Positions 46,295-56,550 are shown, counted from the stretch's first letter. The stretch: 64,000 bases of DNA from an uncultured Candidatus Saccharibacteria bacterium (GCA_964532005.1 CAZHER010000001.1:55502-119501), one strand, 5' to 3'. The notes: generated by a model from the letters alone, not told the origin. Program-made: numbers and translations.

Positions 46295-47815
46295 TTAATT
46301 GACTTTATACTGGGTTATATATATAGTTGTGCCCAGGTACGGCATCACATCCTCGTATTCGCGTTCTTGAATTTGTGTCCAATTAGACGGGGTCATTGGT
46401 TTGTCGCTACTATATGCTTTCGTCCAAACCAGCCACACAGTATCTTCCGCTAAAACTGATGTTTTTAGATCTGCGGCCAAATCGTTTTCTGCAAGAAGGG
46501 CGGTACCGTCATAATGTGCAAGTTCACTAACTTTGGCCCTTCCATTTGTATAAAGCTTGGGAGAGTTCTGGGTTTTTGAATAATATTTTAAGTTAAAGTA
46601 TTCAAAAGGAGTGCCAACAATAGTTTTGTCTTTGTTGCCGTTGGCGTATTGGTTTAAATATGCGGCAGCCCCTGCCATTCCAGGTTTGGTAGCAGCTCCT
46701 TGTTCGTACCAAAACCCGCCAAAAGCAATCAAGTTAAGCCCAACTACCAATACTGATATTGTCCTAAAACCAATACCCTGTTTCCACTGGGAAATCCACA
46801 GTGCCAAGGCTATTAAATATAGCGGGCCGATTAAAACAAAATATCGAATTAAATATACGGAGCTGGTGTGCCCTTGTAAGCGGTTGATCATTAAAAACAA
46901 GAGCGCTCCGGCAAACGGGGCAAGTATACCAAGTAAAATTAGCCATTTTTCTTTCTGTTTTATAGTCTTAGTGAACCCATATAGCATTGCCATGGCAAAT
47001 ACGGTTACGGCAATCAACATCCATTCAGTTGGAATTTTTCCGCTGTGCCAGCCAAATGTCAGATCCCAAAATGTATACGGAATACTCCATCGTGTCATTG
47101 CCCATATCCAAAATCCTTCTTGGACTTGGCCGAGCTGGAACAGAAACGGTTTCAGCCAAGGGATGTATAAAATAGCTACCGCAATAGTTGAACCAAGGAA
47201 AGGCAAATATTTACGCCAATCTTTCCCGTAAGTTTTTATTAAATATCCTAAGGCGTAAATCCCTAAAGCGATTAAATTGAAAGACAGATAGTAGTGTGTA
47301 TAAATTAAGCTTGCTCCAAAAACAGCAAACAGCATATACAAAATCCACATTCTTTTTACGTTGCCCCGGTAGTAAAGTGCGGCAAGTAGCGACGCGGTTG
47401 CAGCGAGTAACAACATCACTCCCAAAGTGTACATACGGGCTTCCAAACTCCCTCGGTGTATTTGGAAAAAATTAACGGCAAGAAACACGGCACTTAAGAT
47501 GGCAGCTTTCTTGCTGAAAAAATATTTTTCTACCAAGTAATAGGTGAGCCATATAGCAATGATCCCGCAAAAAACTGAGAATCCTCTGAGCCAGAAAACC
47601 GATTCGCCGAAAATTCCTACCCAGAATCTGAGTAATATATAGTACAACGGAGGGTGAACATCGGTTGCCAATCTTTGCATCATTTCCCCCCATGGGTAAC
47701 GAAGCATAAGTGCAGAAAAGGCTTCGTCGTGCCAGAGAGAAATTTTTGTCAGGCTGTATAGTCTCAGGATCAGACCCCCGGTCAAAATTCCTGTGAGCCA
47801 ATAATATTTTTTCAT
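46295..47815 (-). CDS. GT-C fold glycosyltransferase, ArnT/PMT-like (GT39/GT83 family)
   Basis: N-terminal loop DE motif (LWHDEAFS) after TM1. About 11 TM helices. C-terminal soluble domain. Confidence 0.7.
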   Translation of the reverse strand: MKKYYWLTGILTGGLILRLYSLTKISLWHDEAFSALMLRYPWGEMMQRLATDVHPPLYYILLRFWVGIFGESVFWLRGFSVFCGIIAIWLTYYLVEKYFFSKKAAILSAVFLAVNFFQIHRGSLEARMYTLGVMLLLAATASLLAALYYRGNVKRMWILYMLFAVFGASLIYTHYYLSFNLIALGIYALGYLIKTYGKDWRKYLPFLGSTIAVAILYIPWLKPFLFQLGQVQEGFWIWAMTRWSIPYTFWDLTFGWHSGKIPTEWMLIAVTVFAMAMLYGFTKTIKQKEKWLILLGILAPFAGALLFLMINRLQGHTSSVYLIRYFVLIGPLYLIALALWISQWKQGIGFRTISVLVVGLNLIAFGGFWYEQGAATKPGMAGAAAYLNQYANGNKDKTIVGTPFEYFNLKYYSKTQNSPKLYTNGRAKVSELAHYDGTALLAENDLAADLKTSVLAEDTVWLVWTKAYSSDKPMTPSNWTQIQEREYEDVMPYLGTTIYITQYKVN

Positions 47816-47838
47816 AGTCTCGTGGTTAATTTAAATTT

Positions 47839-49569
47839 TTATGGGATTTTATAAACTGCTAAAATGACTTGGCCGAATTTGTTTCGTCTTTCTAAGTTGA
47901 GCCTTGCCTGAGGCCAGTTCTCTTTGAATTTTTTTATATCGAACACTGTCGTGGTGGTGAATATTACCTCATCACCGGATTTTAGATTTTTTAGCTTCCA
48001 GATATCGGGAGGATTAACCTTCGTATAGGGCTGGTTTTTTCGATTACCAGGATTTGTTCCATCCACGGTTGTTAAATAGTCTACAGTTTGCAAAAAGAAT
48101 TCGTCTAATACCAAAAATGTATTCTCTCTGGTGTGACGGTTTGGAAAATTTGCAGGAATCTTGCCGGCCGGAATACTTTTTGAATCATTATCGAACCCGT
48201 TTAAATAATTGCTTACGCCGGTAAGGTCAGAACGAAAACTGAGATATTGTTCTGCACTGGCACTGCTCAAACCAAAGTATAAGTAATAACTTTGTAAAAT
48301 TAATGCACCGGCAAATACAGCAACCACAAGCCATGACATTGTTGTAAGAAGTTTTTGTTTAATTCCAGAAAGCCAGTTCCAGTATAAAGATCTTGTTTTT
48401 TGAACAAAGTCTACGGCAATTATTATTCCCCAAGCGCTTAAAATAAATACCGGTGGAATTACGCCTATGCTGCGTAAGCCGTGAGGGATCCCTTCTGCAG
48501 TGGTTACAGCAGGCAGCATCATACCCCAAAACCAACCTGCCAATAGAAAATGTTTCCAGTCATCACCGTGCTTGTTGGGGTAAAAAATATATCTTATAGC
48601 TAACAATGTTGAGAGTACTAGAGCTAAGGCAAAGAAAGGTGAAACCACAGCTGGCAGAAATGGTTGACCTGAAACATTGTGCCGCCAGTTTAAGTCGCCT
48701 TCATAAAAAAATCCCAATAAACTTTGTTTGGTCGTTTCACCTAGGGTGGCTAGAAGTTTCCCTTTGTTGAGATCTGGGTTAAATATACTAACTTGACTGC
48801 TTCTACCGACGAATGACCCAGGATGAGTATAAAAGTAGTGAGCTAGCGGAAAAATAACAATAATGAAAGTTATGATTAAGGTTATCGCCGGGGAGACAAA
48901 ACGCCTAGTCCAAAAGAACTGCGGTTTTCTAATAACATCAAAAATCCAAGGCCAGATTAAGGCGATACCCAAGATAGGAACCATTACTCTGTAAGCGATG
49001 TAAGTATAAAATCCGAGTGCAAAAACAGATCCTGTAAATATGGACCACAAAATTCTTTTCACTTTTGTGGGCGACGAATATAGACACAGTATTCCCCAAA
49101 CAACAGCAGCGGCAAATAGGGGAATGAGGTTGGCACGAAAAGCCGTGCGCGACAAGGTAATGTGCCAAGTGGACACAGCCATAAGGAAAGCGGACAACAA
49201 TCCAATGTATACTGCGCGCTTCGAGTTATCTGGGGAAGCAGTGTTAAATATTTTGAATAATTTTCGAGCCACAAGAAAGCATAATAATACGGCTATGACG
49301 CCGACAACTGCTGATACAATGTGGTGTTGCCATGGTCCTTTTCCGAAAAGCTCAACACTTCCCCAGAGCATGTAAAAAAATAGTGCTTCACGACCATTGC
49401 CTCTTTCGTAAAACGGTTGAAGCTGACCTTGTTGCATCAGATTGATATCTAACCCATTTGCTGCTTCGTCGGGAAACAATCCCCCTGGTAGTTCAGTTAT
49501 TTGGTAAAATCTGAAAAATATGGCCAATGCCACTATGAATATTAAGGTAAAAATTTGTTTTTTTGTCAT
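47839..49569 (-). CDS. GT-C fold glycosyltransferase, ArnT/PMT-like (GT39/GT83 family), paralog
   Basis: DE motif (FPDEAANG). Polytopic. Tandem to the previous GT-C gene. Confidence 0.7.
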   Translation of the reverse strand: MTKKQIFTLIFIVALAIFFRFYQITELPGGLFPDEAANGLDINLMQQGQLQPFYERGNGREALFFYMLWGSVELFGKGPWQHHIVSAVVGVIAVLLCFLVARKLFKIFNTASPDNSKRAVYIGLLSAFLMAVSTWHITLSRTAFRANLIPLFAAAVVWGILCLYSSPTKVKRILWSIFTGSVFALGFYTYIAYRVMVPILGIALIWPWIFDVIRKPQFFWTRRFVSPAITLIITFIIVIFPLAHYFYTHPGSFVGRSSQVSIFNPDLNKGKLLATLGETTKQSLLGFFYEGDLNWRHNVSGQPFLPAVVSPFFALALVLSTLLAIRYIFYPNKHGDDWKHFLLAGWFWGMMLPAVTTAEGIPHGLRSIGVIPPVFILSAWGIIIAVDFVQKTRSLYWNWLSGIKQKLLTTMSWLVVAVFAGALILQSYYLYFGLSSASAEQYLSFRSDLTGVSNYLNGFDNDSKSIPAGKIPANFPNRHTRENTFLVLDEFFLQTVDYLTTVDGTNPGNRKNQPYTKVNPPDIWKLKNLKSGDEVIFTTTTVFDIKKFKENWPQARLNLERRNKFGQVILAVYKIP

Positions 49570-49621
49570 GTTGGTTTCTAGCTTGAGACAGCAACCTTTT
49601 CTTGCTAAAATATATAGGAAT

Positions 49622-49993
49622 ATGGCAGATTTGGAAGCAAAACCCTCAATTTATCAAAAAATACTGGCCAGCTCAGGTTTGGTCTCTTTTTTATGGGCGG
49701 CGACAATTGTCACTATTATTATAACATTTATTATTACCTACTTTAAGGCAAGAAGCGGCTTATCTACGGTTGCCCTTCACTATAACGTTATTATAGGAGT
49801 TGATATGCTGGGAAAAAGTTGGGAACTCTTTTTTATACCTTTATCGTCAACAGGAATCGGAATAATAAATTATTTAGTTTATCGTTTTGCAATTCCCAAG
49901 GGAGATTTTTTGGGCACTTTAACCGCCTTATCTAGCTGGTTGGTAGCGCTAATTTTATGTACAGCTTTATTATTCTTATTTTCAGTGAATTAG
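49622..49993 (+). CDS. small polytopic membrane protein, unknown function
   Basis: Start moved to the ATG at 49622 (preceded by AGGAA); the track ORF start lies inside the upstream minus-strand gene. Three to four hydrophobic helices. Confidence 0.45.
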   Translation: MADLEAKPSIYQKILASSGLVSFLWAATIVTIIITFIITYFKARSGLSTVALHYNVIIGVDMLGKSWELFFIPLSSTGIGIINYLVYRFAIPKGDFLGTLTALSSWLVALILCTALLFLFSVN

Positions 49994-49996
49994 ATT

Positions 49997-51667
49997 ATGT
50001 TTCGTAAAAGATCTTTTAGGGAGCGATTATGGGAGATTTTGCCAGGGCTTCAAATATGGACTGTTTTTATTGGCGCTATTCTTTTATCTTATTATAAGCC
50101 AGTATGGGCAGCTTCTTTTATCGTTTGTTTTGATCTATATTGGCTTTTGAAAGCAGTAAATGTCTCTTTGCATTTAATTGCCAGTTATAGAAAATTTAGA
50201 TTTTTTGTCACCATAGACTGGCTTGATTATGTTGAACGTTTGGCAAATTTGTCCGATTATACAAAATTTTTAAAGGAGCAGGAAAATAAAAGTTCTATTA
50301 AGCTCCAGCGCAACTATTTTAAGGAAGAAAGAGAGCGCCTGCTTTCCGGAATTGCCCGACCTCTAATTAAAACCGATTATAGAGATTATTACCATTTAGT
50401 AATAATTCCCTTTGTTGATGAAAGCTTCGAAGTTCTTCAATCCACTTTAGACTCCTTGACTAAGTCGCGATATCCAATGGACAGAATAATGGTAATTTTG
50501 GCTACTGAAGAACGAGCCGGCGAGCCTGCACAAGAGGTTGCGGCGAAGATTCGGGAAATATATGCAAAATATTTTTATAAATTTTTCGTAACAGTACACC
50601 CGGATGGGTTACCTGGCGAGATAAAAGGCAAGAGCGCCAATGCTAGCTATTCCGTGCAGTCGGTAATGCCTGACCTAGAAGCAGACGGCATAGCAATTGA
50701 TCAAGTTTTGGTTGCAAATTTTGACAGCGATACGGTAATTCATCCTCAATATTTTGCTCGAGTAATATACGAATTTTTAACTTCGGAAAAGCCTTACAGA
50801 CGCAGTTATCAGCCAATTACTATATACAACAACAATATTTGGGACAGCCCAGCATTTATCCGCGTGGTATCAGTTTCTAATTCGTTCTGGCAATTTACTG
50901 AAGGATCCCGACCTGATCGACTTCGTACTTTCTCCTCTCATTCCATGACCTTGCGGTCTTTGGTAGATGTAGGTTTTTGGAAAAAAGATTTGATTAATGA
51001 AGATGGGTATATTTTTTGGCAGTGTTATTTACGGTACGATGGTGATTATGCCGTTGTTCCCTTATTGATCCCGGTTTCCTTAGATACTTGTTTGGCCGAA
51101 ACTTTTTGGCAAACCTTGAAAAATCAGTACAAACAAAAAAGACGATGGGCTTACAATGTCGAATATTATCCCCATTTGGTTCCGAAACTTTTAAAAAGCA
51201 AGGCGCCACTTTTTGACCGGATGTATAAGCTATGGCAATACGTAGAAGGTGATTTTAACTGGGCTGCTGCCAGTGTATTGATTTCTATTTTGGGGTGGCT
51301 TCCTTTAATGATTGGAGGACAGGAATTTTTACAAAGCGTCGTTGCTTTTAATTTACCACTGGTCACTAAAACTTTAATGACCACCGCAACCTTGTTTTTG
51401 ATAGCCAGTGTTTACATTAATTTAATCTTACTGCCGCCCCGACCTAAGAAATACGGAATTAGTAGGAGTATAATGATGTATTTACAATGGTTTTTGGTAC
51501 CAATTGTATCGGTTGTTTTTGGTAGTTTGCCTGCAATTGAAGCTCAGACACGGCTGATGCTCGGGTTTTACCTGGAATTTTTTGTGACTCCCAAAGCTCG
51601 CAAAGGTGAAAATACCGCATTGCAAATGAAGGAAATGCAAACTTCAGCCCCAGTAAAAGGAAACTAA
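49997..51667 (+). CDS. membrane-integrated processive family-2 glycosyltransferase (cellulose/chitin synthase-like)
   Basis: D,D,D and the QxxRW-like motif KQKRRW. TM helices at both termini. Confidence 0.65.
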   Translation: MFRKRSFRERLWEILPGLQIWTVFIGAILLSYYKPVWAASFIVCFDLYWLLKAVNVSLHLIASYRKFRFFVTIDWLDYVERLANLSDYTKFLKEQENKSSIKLQRNYFKEERERLLSGIARPLIKTDYRDYYHLVIIPFVDESFEVLQSTLDSLTKSRYPMDRIMVILATEERAGEPAQEVAAKIREIYAKYFYKFFVTVHPDGLPGEIKGKSANASYSVQSVMPDLEADGIAIDQVLVANFDSDTVIHPQYFARVIYEFLTSEKPYRRSYQPITIYNNNIWDSPAFIRVVSVSNSFWQFTEGSRPDRLRTFSSHSMTLRSLVDVGFWKKDLINEDGYIFWQCYLRYDGDYAVVPLLIPVSLDTCLAETFWQTLKNQYKQKRRWAYNVEYYPHLVPKLLKSKAPLFDRMYKLWQYVEGDFNWAAASVLISILGWLPLMIGGQEFLQSVVAFNLPLVTKTLMTTATLFLIASVYINLILLPPRPKKYGISRSIMMYLQWFLVPIVSVVFGSLPAIEAQTRLMLGFYLEFFVTPKARKGENTALQMKEMQTSAPVKGN

Positions 51668-51671
51668 GATT

Positions 51672-52754
51672 TTGATGTCAATACATTATTTAACCTATTT
51701 TTTTATAGCTCTGGCCTCAGCATTGGTTATAACACCACTAGTTCGTTTTTTAGCTGTGCGTTTGAGGTGTGTAGATATTCCCAGACCGCCACGGAACTTA
51801 CATTCCCGCCCAATTCCCAAGCTTGGTGGACTAGCACTGTTTATTGCTTTTGTTTTGTCGTTGTGTGCATATCTGGTGTATGGCAACCCCGATTTTAATA
51901 TTATCCCTTTAAAGTTTTTTGTCGCAATTATTGGCGGTGCAGCAGTCCTTATGATAGGAGGTTATTTGGATGACAGATATGATTTGTCCGCAAAGTATCT
52001 ATGGATTTTTCCTGCACTAGCATCGCTGGTAGGTGTGTATGCCGGTATTGGGGTAGGTATCACATTTATTACCAACCCATTTGGTGCGCCGATTTCTCTA
52101 GATTTCGGAGTGCTCGGAATACCAGCATCGGCAGTTTTTGTCTGGTTTTGGATGGTTGGAATGATGTTTACTACAAAATTTTTAGATGGTATAGACGGTT
52201 TGACTGGAGGGATTTCCTTCATTGCAGGGTTTGCTTTGTTTTTACTTTCGCTCGGTCCAACAGTTAACCAACCCATGACAGCAACTTTAGCAATTATATT
52301 TTGCGGAGCTTTGCTTGGTTACCTGGTCTATAGTTTTTATCCCGCAACTATTTTTTTCGGAGAGGGCGGCAGTACCCTAACCGGTTTTATCCTCGGGGCA
52401 TTGTCTATAATTTTAGGAGGAAAAATTGCCACCGCGCTTTTGGTTATGGGTATTCCTATTCTCGATGTGGCTTGGGTAATTACCCAGCGTATTTTTAGGG
52501 GTAAAAGCCCTTTTAAAGGAGATCGACTGCATTTGCATTTTCGTTTGTTGGATTTAGGGTTTTCCCAGCGCCAAACAGTTTTAATATTATACGCAATATC
52601 CGCTTTGTTTGGACTGACTGCAGTTTATTTGCAAAGCTTCGGTAAGCTAGTTGCGCTTTTGATTCTATTCACAGTAATGGTGGCGCTTGGCGTGGCAGTT
52701 GTTTCTTTGTACAAAAGGAGAGAGAATGCAAAGCCGATCCAAAAACCGGATTGA
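51672..52754 (+). CDS. glycosyltransferase family 4 polyprenyl-phosphate N-acetylhexosamine-1-phosphate transferase (WecA/TagO/MraY superfamily)
   Basis: About 10 TM helices. Motifs DDRYD, FLDGIDGLTGG and the C-terminal GDRLHLHFRLL. Confidence 0.7.
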   Translation: MMSIHYLTYFFIALASALVITPLVRFLAVRLRCVDIPRPPRNLHSRPIPKLGGLALFIAFVLSLCAYLVYGNPDFNIIPLKFFVAIIGGAAVLMIGGYLDDRYDLSAKYLWIFPALASLVGVYAGIGVGITFITNPFGAPISLDFGVLGIPASAVFVWFWMVGMMFTTKFLDGIDGLTGGISFIAGFALFLLSLGPTVNQPMTATLAIIFCGALLGYLVYSFYPATIFFGEGGSTLTGFILGALSIILGGKIATALLVMGIPILDVAWVITQRIFRGKSPFKGDRLHLHFRLLDLGFSQRQTVLILYAISALFGLTAVYLQSFGKLVALLILFTVMVALGVAVVSLYKRRENAKPIQKPD

Positions 52755-52847
52755 CAAAATTAAAATTTTTTGAGATAATGCCACACGGTAATTCCTATTC
52801 AGGGATTTTATTTTGCCCACGGGCATAAAACTAGGAGGATAAACAAA

Positions 52848-53192
52848 GTGGCAAAGAAAGTTGCCAAGAGTGCAAAGAAAAAAGTTCTTGCAGTAAAAAT
52901 TGAGCAACCCCCGACAATCTGCAAGGAACTGAAAATACAGGTTTACGCCCTGAATTGGATACGTGTAGAACGCCTGTTTCGCAAGAACAGCCATAGCCCA
53001 AAGGCAGAGTGGAAAGGAAAGAATATTTCCATTTTGGCAATTGAAGGTTATGGTCGCCGCCGCGACAGAATCAGACAGGATAAAACCATCACAGAGTCAG
53101 TCCGCCGAGCTAAGATCTACGATCTAGAGAAAGCCCTGGACCGGTTTGTGATAAACTACACCTGCTATATGGGCAAGTTAATCTGTAAGTAG
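52848..53192 (+). CDS. small basic hypothetical protein (GTG start)
   Basis: AGGAGG RBS 8 nt upstream of the GTG. 114 aa, Lys/Arg-rich. Followed by a hairpin plus T-run near 53204-53250. Confidence 0.45.
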   Translation: MAKKVAKSAKKKVLAVKIEQPPTICKELKIQVYALNWIRVERLFRKNSHSPKAEWKGKNISILAIEGYGRRRDRIRQDKTITESVRRAKIYDLEKALDRFVINYTCYMGKLICK

Positions 53193-53311
53193 CAACCTCA
53201 TTTCAGCGCCGGAGAACCCTCAATTCCCCGGCGCTTGTGTTTTATTGACATTTATTGGTATTTTTGGTAGAATTATTCAGTATTTATTTAAATAATCTTT
53301 ATATATAAATT

Positions 53312-53617
53312 ATGATCGCAATTATACAGACTGGCGGAAAGCAGTATTTGGTTTCCAAAGGAGATAAAATTCAGGTAGAAAAGTTGGCAGGGGAAAAGGA
53401 CACTGTTTTGATCTTTGATAAAGTGTTGGCTACTTTTGACGGTAGCAAATATCAGCTGGGAAAACCTTTTCTAGATGGAGCTAAAGTTGAAGGCAAAGTG
53501 TTAAGCCAGGGTCGTGGCGACAAGATCCGCGTTTTCAAGTATAAGGCTAAAAGCAAATATCGACGCACCCAAGGACATCGCCAGAGCTATACCGAAGTAG
53601 AAATTACTAAAATTTAG
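53312..53617 (+). CDS. rplU: 50S ribosomal protein L21
   Basis: MIAIIQTGGKQYLVSKGDKIQVEKL is a typical L21 N-terminus. 101 aa. Confidence 0.9.
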   Translation: MIAIIQTGGKQYLVSKGDKIQVEKLAGEKDTVLIFDKVLATFDGSKYQLGKPFLDGAKVEGKVLSQGRGDKIRVFKYKAKSKYRRTQGHRQSYTEVEITKI

Positions 53618-53668
53618 TTCTAGATTTCAAAACCCGCAACGGTGGGTTTTAAATTTACCCAATACAAA

Positions 53669-53700
53669 GACCTCCTGAATAAGGAGGTCTTTGTTTACTT
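53669..53700. terminator. bidirectional rho-independent terminator between rplU (+) and the GT2 gene (-)
   Basis: Perfect 10-bp stem aaagacctcc/ggaggtcttt with a 7-nt loop, flanked by A-run and T-run. Confidence 0.7.
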
Positions 53701-54600
53701 GCTAATAGACTTGTCGGTTTTAAAATGGTTCACAACCAGCTTCAACCAATATCTAGACCAGATTCCCAAATATACAAAAATAGTCATCAGAAGATTGGAC
53801 TTATGTCTGTAATGTTTATTGTAGTAGATCCACATGGCGTTGTGAAAATGGTATAGTGCAAATTTGGAAGCCTTTTTAGAAGACTGGCCTTTGTAGTGGT
53901 AGGAATAAGTTTTAGGGTAGTACCAAATTTTGTATCCTGCTTTGCGAGTTCTGTAGCAAAGATCTACATCTTCGCCGTACATAAAAAAATCTTCATCAAA
54001 TCCGCCAACTCTGCGGTAGCATTCGCGGGATATCATCATATATGCTCCAACAATGCAGTCAACTTGAGTTTCTTGGTCAACGTGTTTGTTTAGCACATTG
54101 TAAGCCCCAAACTTTTTCGGAAATAAATATTGCAATCCCGATAGTCTGTAGAAAGCAACTTTTGGGTTTGGTTCGCTACGTCTGGAGGCCCAGTCAATTT
54201 CTCCGTTGGCTTTAATGAGCTTACAGGAGGACATACCAATATTGGGATGGGCTTTCATGAAATCAACCATAACCTGGAAGATGTCTTCGGCAAGTTTTGT
54301 GTCTGGGTTCAATAGCAATAGGTAGTCGCCTTTAGCTATTGCCATCCCTTTGTTATTGCCTTTGCCAAACCCTTCATTTGTATTTTCAATAAGGGTAGTT
54401 TTTTCAGCAATTTCAGGGTTGCTTAAATACTGTTCGCGAATCATTTCTAGCGTTCCGTCGCGCGAGTCATTGTCCACTATTATTACTTCATAATTGTATT
54501 GTGTTTTAGACGCATAGACAGCATCCAAAGTGACGCGCATTTCGTCTTTAGCGCGGTAGGGAACTATGATAATTGACAGGTCGATATGTTTTGGATCCAT
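53695..54600 (-). CDS. family-2 glycosyltransferase
   Basis: GT-A N-terminus (IIIVPYRA...) and the DXD-like IIVDNDSRDGT. Confidence 0.75.
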   Translation of the reverse strand: MDPKHIDLSIIIVPYRAKDEMRVTLDAVYASKTQYNYEVIIVDNDSRDGTLEMIREQYLSNPEIAEKTTLIENTNEGFGKGNNKGMAIAKGDYLLLLNPDTKLAEDIFQVMVDFMKAHPNIGMSSCKLIKANGEIDWASRRSEPNPKVAFYRLSGLQYLFPKKFGAYNVLNKHVDQETQVDCIVGAYMMISRECYRRVGGFDEDFFMYGEDVDLCYRTRKAGYKIWYYPKTYSYHYKGQSSKKASKFALYHFHNAMWIYYNKHYRHKSNLLMTIFVYLGIWSRYWLKLVVNHFKTDKSISK

Positions 54601-54615
54601 AACAGTAATTTAATA

Positions 54616-55617
54616 TTATGTAAATAATTTGGCTAATTCAGTTTTTGAAATTTTACGGTTTTGGGCTATGGCTTTTCTTTTTCTCCACATTACCGGAAGT
54701 TGCTTGAGCATTTCCGGTATGGCAGCCAAAGTTGAAGTTTCAAAAAATAAAATAAATGCATGCATTGCCAGTTCTCGGATGAAGAATTGTGGATAAAACC
54801 AAGGCGTATTTTTTAAAAACAGGAATATATGGTTTTTATAGTTTAGTTTGCGCACCCGCGGATTTATGGATTTGTGAAATTTTAGGAATGAGAAAAATTT
54901 TTTATACCCACCTGGGCTGGAGCCAGCGGCGCGGCCATGGTAGGCCACGGCTTTGGGAACAAAAGCACATTTCCATCCAGCATTTGTCATACGAAAACCT
55001 AGGTCCACATCTTCCCAGTAAGAATGAAAATCTTCGTCATAGTATTCAAACCGGCCGTCCTCGCGCTTGAATTTCACATCTTCCAAAGCTGACTTTCGAT
55101 ACATTGGACCTGCTCCAGATACTGCAACTACAGAAATTTGGTTGTCATACTGGCCATCATCAACTTCATGTTGTCCTCTGTCCCGTCCGCGGCCCGATTT
55201 AGAATACACAACACCAGTGGTATCTATTATATTTAGAGGTTTATTGTTTTCAAAATCATAACGCAGAAGTTTGCCGGTTGCAGCCCCGACCTTAGGGTCT
55301 GCCCCGAACACTTTTAGCATTTCTTCTACGTATGTTGGTGTCATTATCAGGTCCGGATTAACCAGTTGGAAGAATTCAGAATTACTTTGTGCAAAATATT
55401 CATTGTGCCCGCGCGAGAAACCTATGTTGTATCCAGGGTCTATTATCTTTACCTGTGGAAAATGTTCTTTTATGTATTCTTTGCTGTTGTCGTCATTTCC
55501 AGCAATAACTGCAACGAATTCCGTGTCTTTGTAGGTTTGGTTGAGAGCTGCGGTAAAGACCGGCTGAATAAATTTTATACTGTTATACACAACTTGTATT
55601 AAGGTAACTCTGGGCAT
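54616..55617 (-). CDS. family-2 glycosyltransferase (possible rhamnosyltransferase, given rfb linkage)
   Basis: GT-A fold motifs (VTLIQVVYNS..., DDN, YYDEDF/EDVD). Confidence 0.65.
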   Translation of the reverse strand: MPRVTLIQVVYNSIKFIQPVFTAALNQTYKDTEFVAVIAGNDDNSKEYIKEHFPQVKIIDPGYNIGFSRGHNEYFAQSNSEFFQLVNPDLIMTPTYVEEMLKVFGADPKVGAATGKLLRYDFENNKPLNIIDTTGVVYSKSGRGRDRGQHEVDDGQYDNQISVVAVSGAGPMYRKSALEDVKFKREDGRFEYYDEDFHSYWEDVDLGFRMTNAGWKCAFVPKAVAYHGRAAGSSPGGYKKFFSFLKFHKSINPRVRKLNYKNHIFLFLKNTPWFYPQFFIRELAMHAFILFFETSTLAAIPEMLKQLPVMWRKRKAIAQNRKISKTELAKLFT

Positions 55618-55725
55618 AAAAATACTTAATTTAGCTTAATTATAGCAAAATTTGACTCAAAAAAAAGCAGGACAAACTGTGGGAGTTTGTCCGTACTTTA
55701 CCTGCTTTGTGCAGCATGAAATCAA

Positions 55726-56382
55726 TCAGACGCGGAACAGGGCAAATGCCAAGCATTCTGCAAGGTGTGGGTTGACATCGCCTTTGGTAAGAGCGATGTA
55801 CAGGTCGGCGAACGAAGCCCAAAATTCGTTATTGAGATTGCCGCCCTTGTAGGCATTAACCTCTTTTTTCTTGTATAGAACGCCGATCCGATTGGTTTTG
55901 TTGTGGTAACGCCCGCCATCTGCAGGCATAATACCCCAACTCACCCATTCGTTCCCATAGAGTTCTGCTCGCGGTGGCAGTTTGCCACCATGTGCTGCTC
56001 TCAAGTTGCTTTCGCTTGCCTGAAGAGTTGGACCAAGCAGAATGTGGTTTTTGTCGTAAGGGTTTCCCGGCTCTTCACGGGCGGTTACCAGACAGTGATG
56101 CCCATCTGTTACGAGAACCAGCACCCCTGGACCAGTCGTATCTTCCAGCATCGGCTGGTTCCACTCTGCAACTTCTCGGCTCCCGGTCTGGACATAAAAC
56201 CCTGCCAAGCGGAAAAACTTTCCATCGCTTCGGCTGTATTCCCACCGTCCGTCGTTGTTTCTGTATGCCCACGGCTCAATACCATCGAGCGAGCCTGGGC
56301 TTACAACCATTGTTGAATTGGCTCTTTGTTCTTCGAGCCATTTTTCCAATTGTGTTTTCATTATTACTGCAATTTCCTCCAA
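55726..56382 (-). CDS. single-domain NDP-hexose 2,3-dehydratase-like protein (Hexose_dehydrat family), GC-rich, likely horizontally acquired
   Basis: The motif REEPGNPYDKNHILLGPTLQASESNL resembles the conserved K/RxEPGN...PT.Q...SN core of EvaA/TylX3-type dehydratases. Local GC is well above neighbours. The start could instead be the ATG at 56361 (GGAGG upstream). Confidence 0.45.
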   Translation of the reverse strand: MEEIAVIMKTQLEKWLEEQRANSTMVVSPGSLDGIEPWAYRNNDGRWEYSRSDGKFFRLAGFYVQTGSREVAEWNQPMLEDTTGPGVLVLVTDGHHCLVTAREEPGNPYDKNHILLGPTLQASESNLRAAHGGKLPPRAELYGNEWVSWGIMPADGGRYHNKTNRIGVLYKKKEVNAYKGGNLNNEFWASFADLYIALTKGDVNPHLAECLAFALFRV

Positions 56383-56550
56383 ATGTTCTTTGTATTTACT
56401 TTACCCAAACCAAACTCAGGCTTGGGTTAAGCAGGCAGTTTTAAAAAGCAAAACTGGCTAAAAATTATCTCACAAAATATCTGTTTTGTCAACTCTGTGA
56501 GTCGTAGTTGTTGGTTAAAATAAATCTAAAATCTTGCTATAATTAACATT

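Noticed and set aside
46611-47231. 206-aa + strand ORF inside the GT-C glycosyltransferase gene
   Set aside because: Antisense to the polytopic GT39/83-like protein. Low-complexity translation.
55903-56444. Long + strand ORFs (137 and 156 aa) between the GT2 gene and rfbB
   Set aside because: They are antisense to the better-supported minus-strand dehydratase-like gene. They have no RBS and a Cys/Arg-rich composition typical of GC-driven spurious frames.
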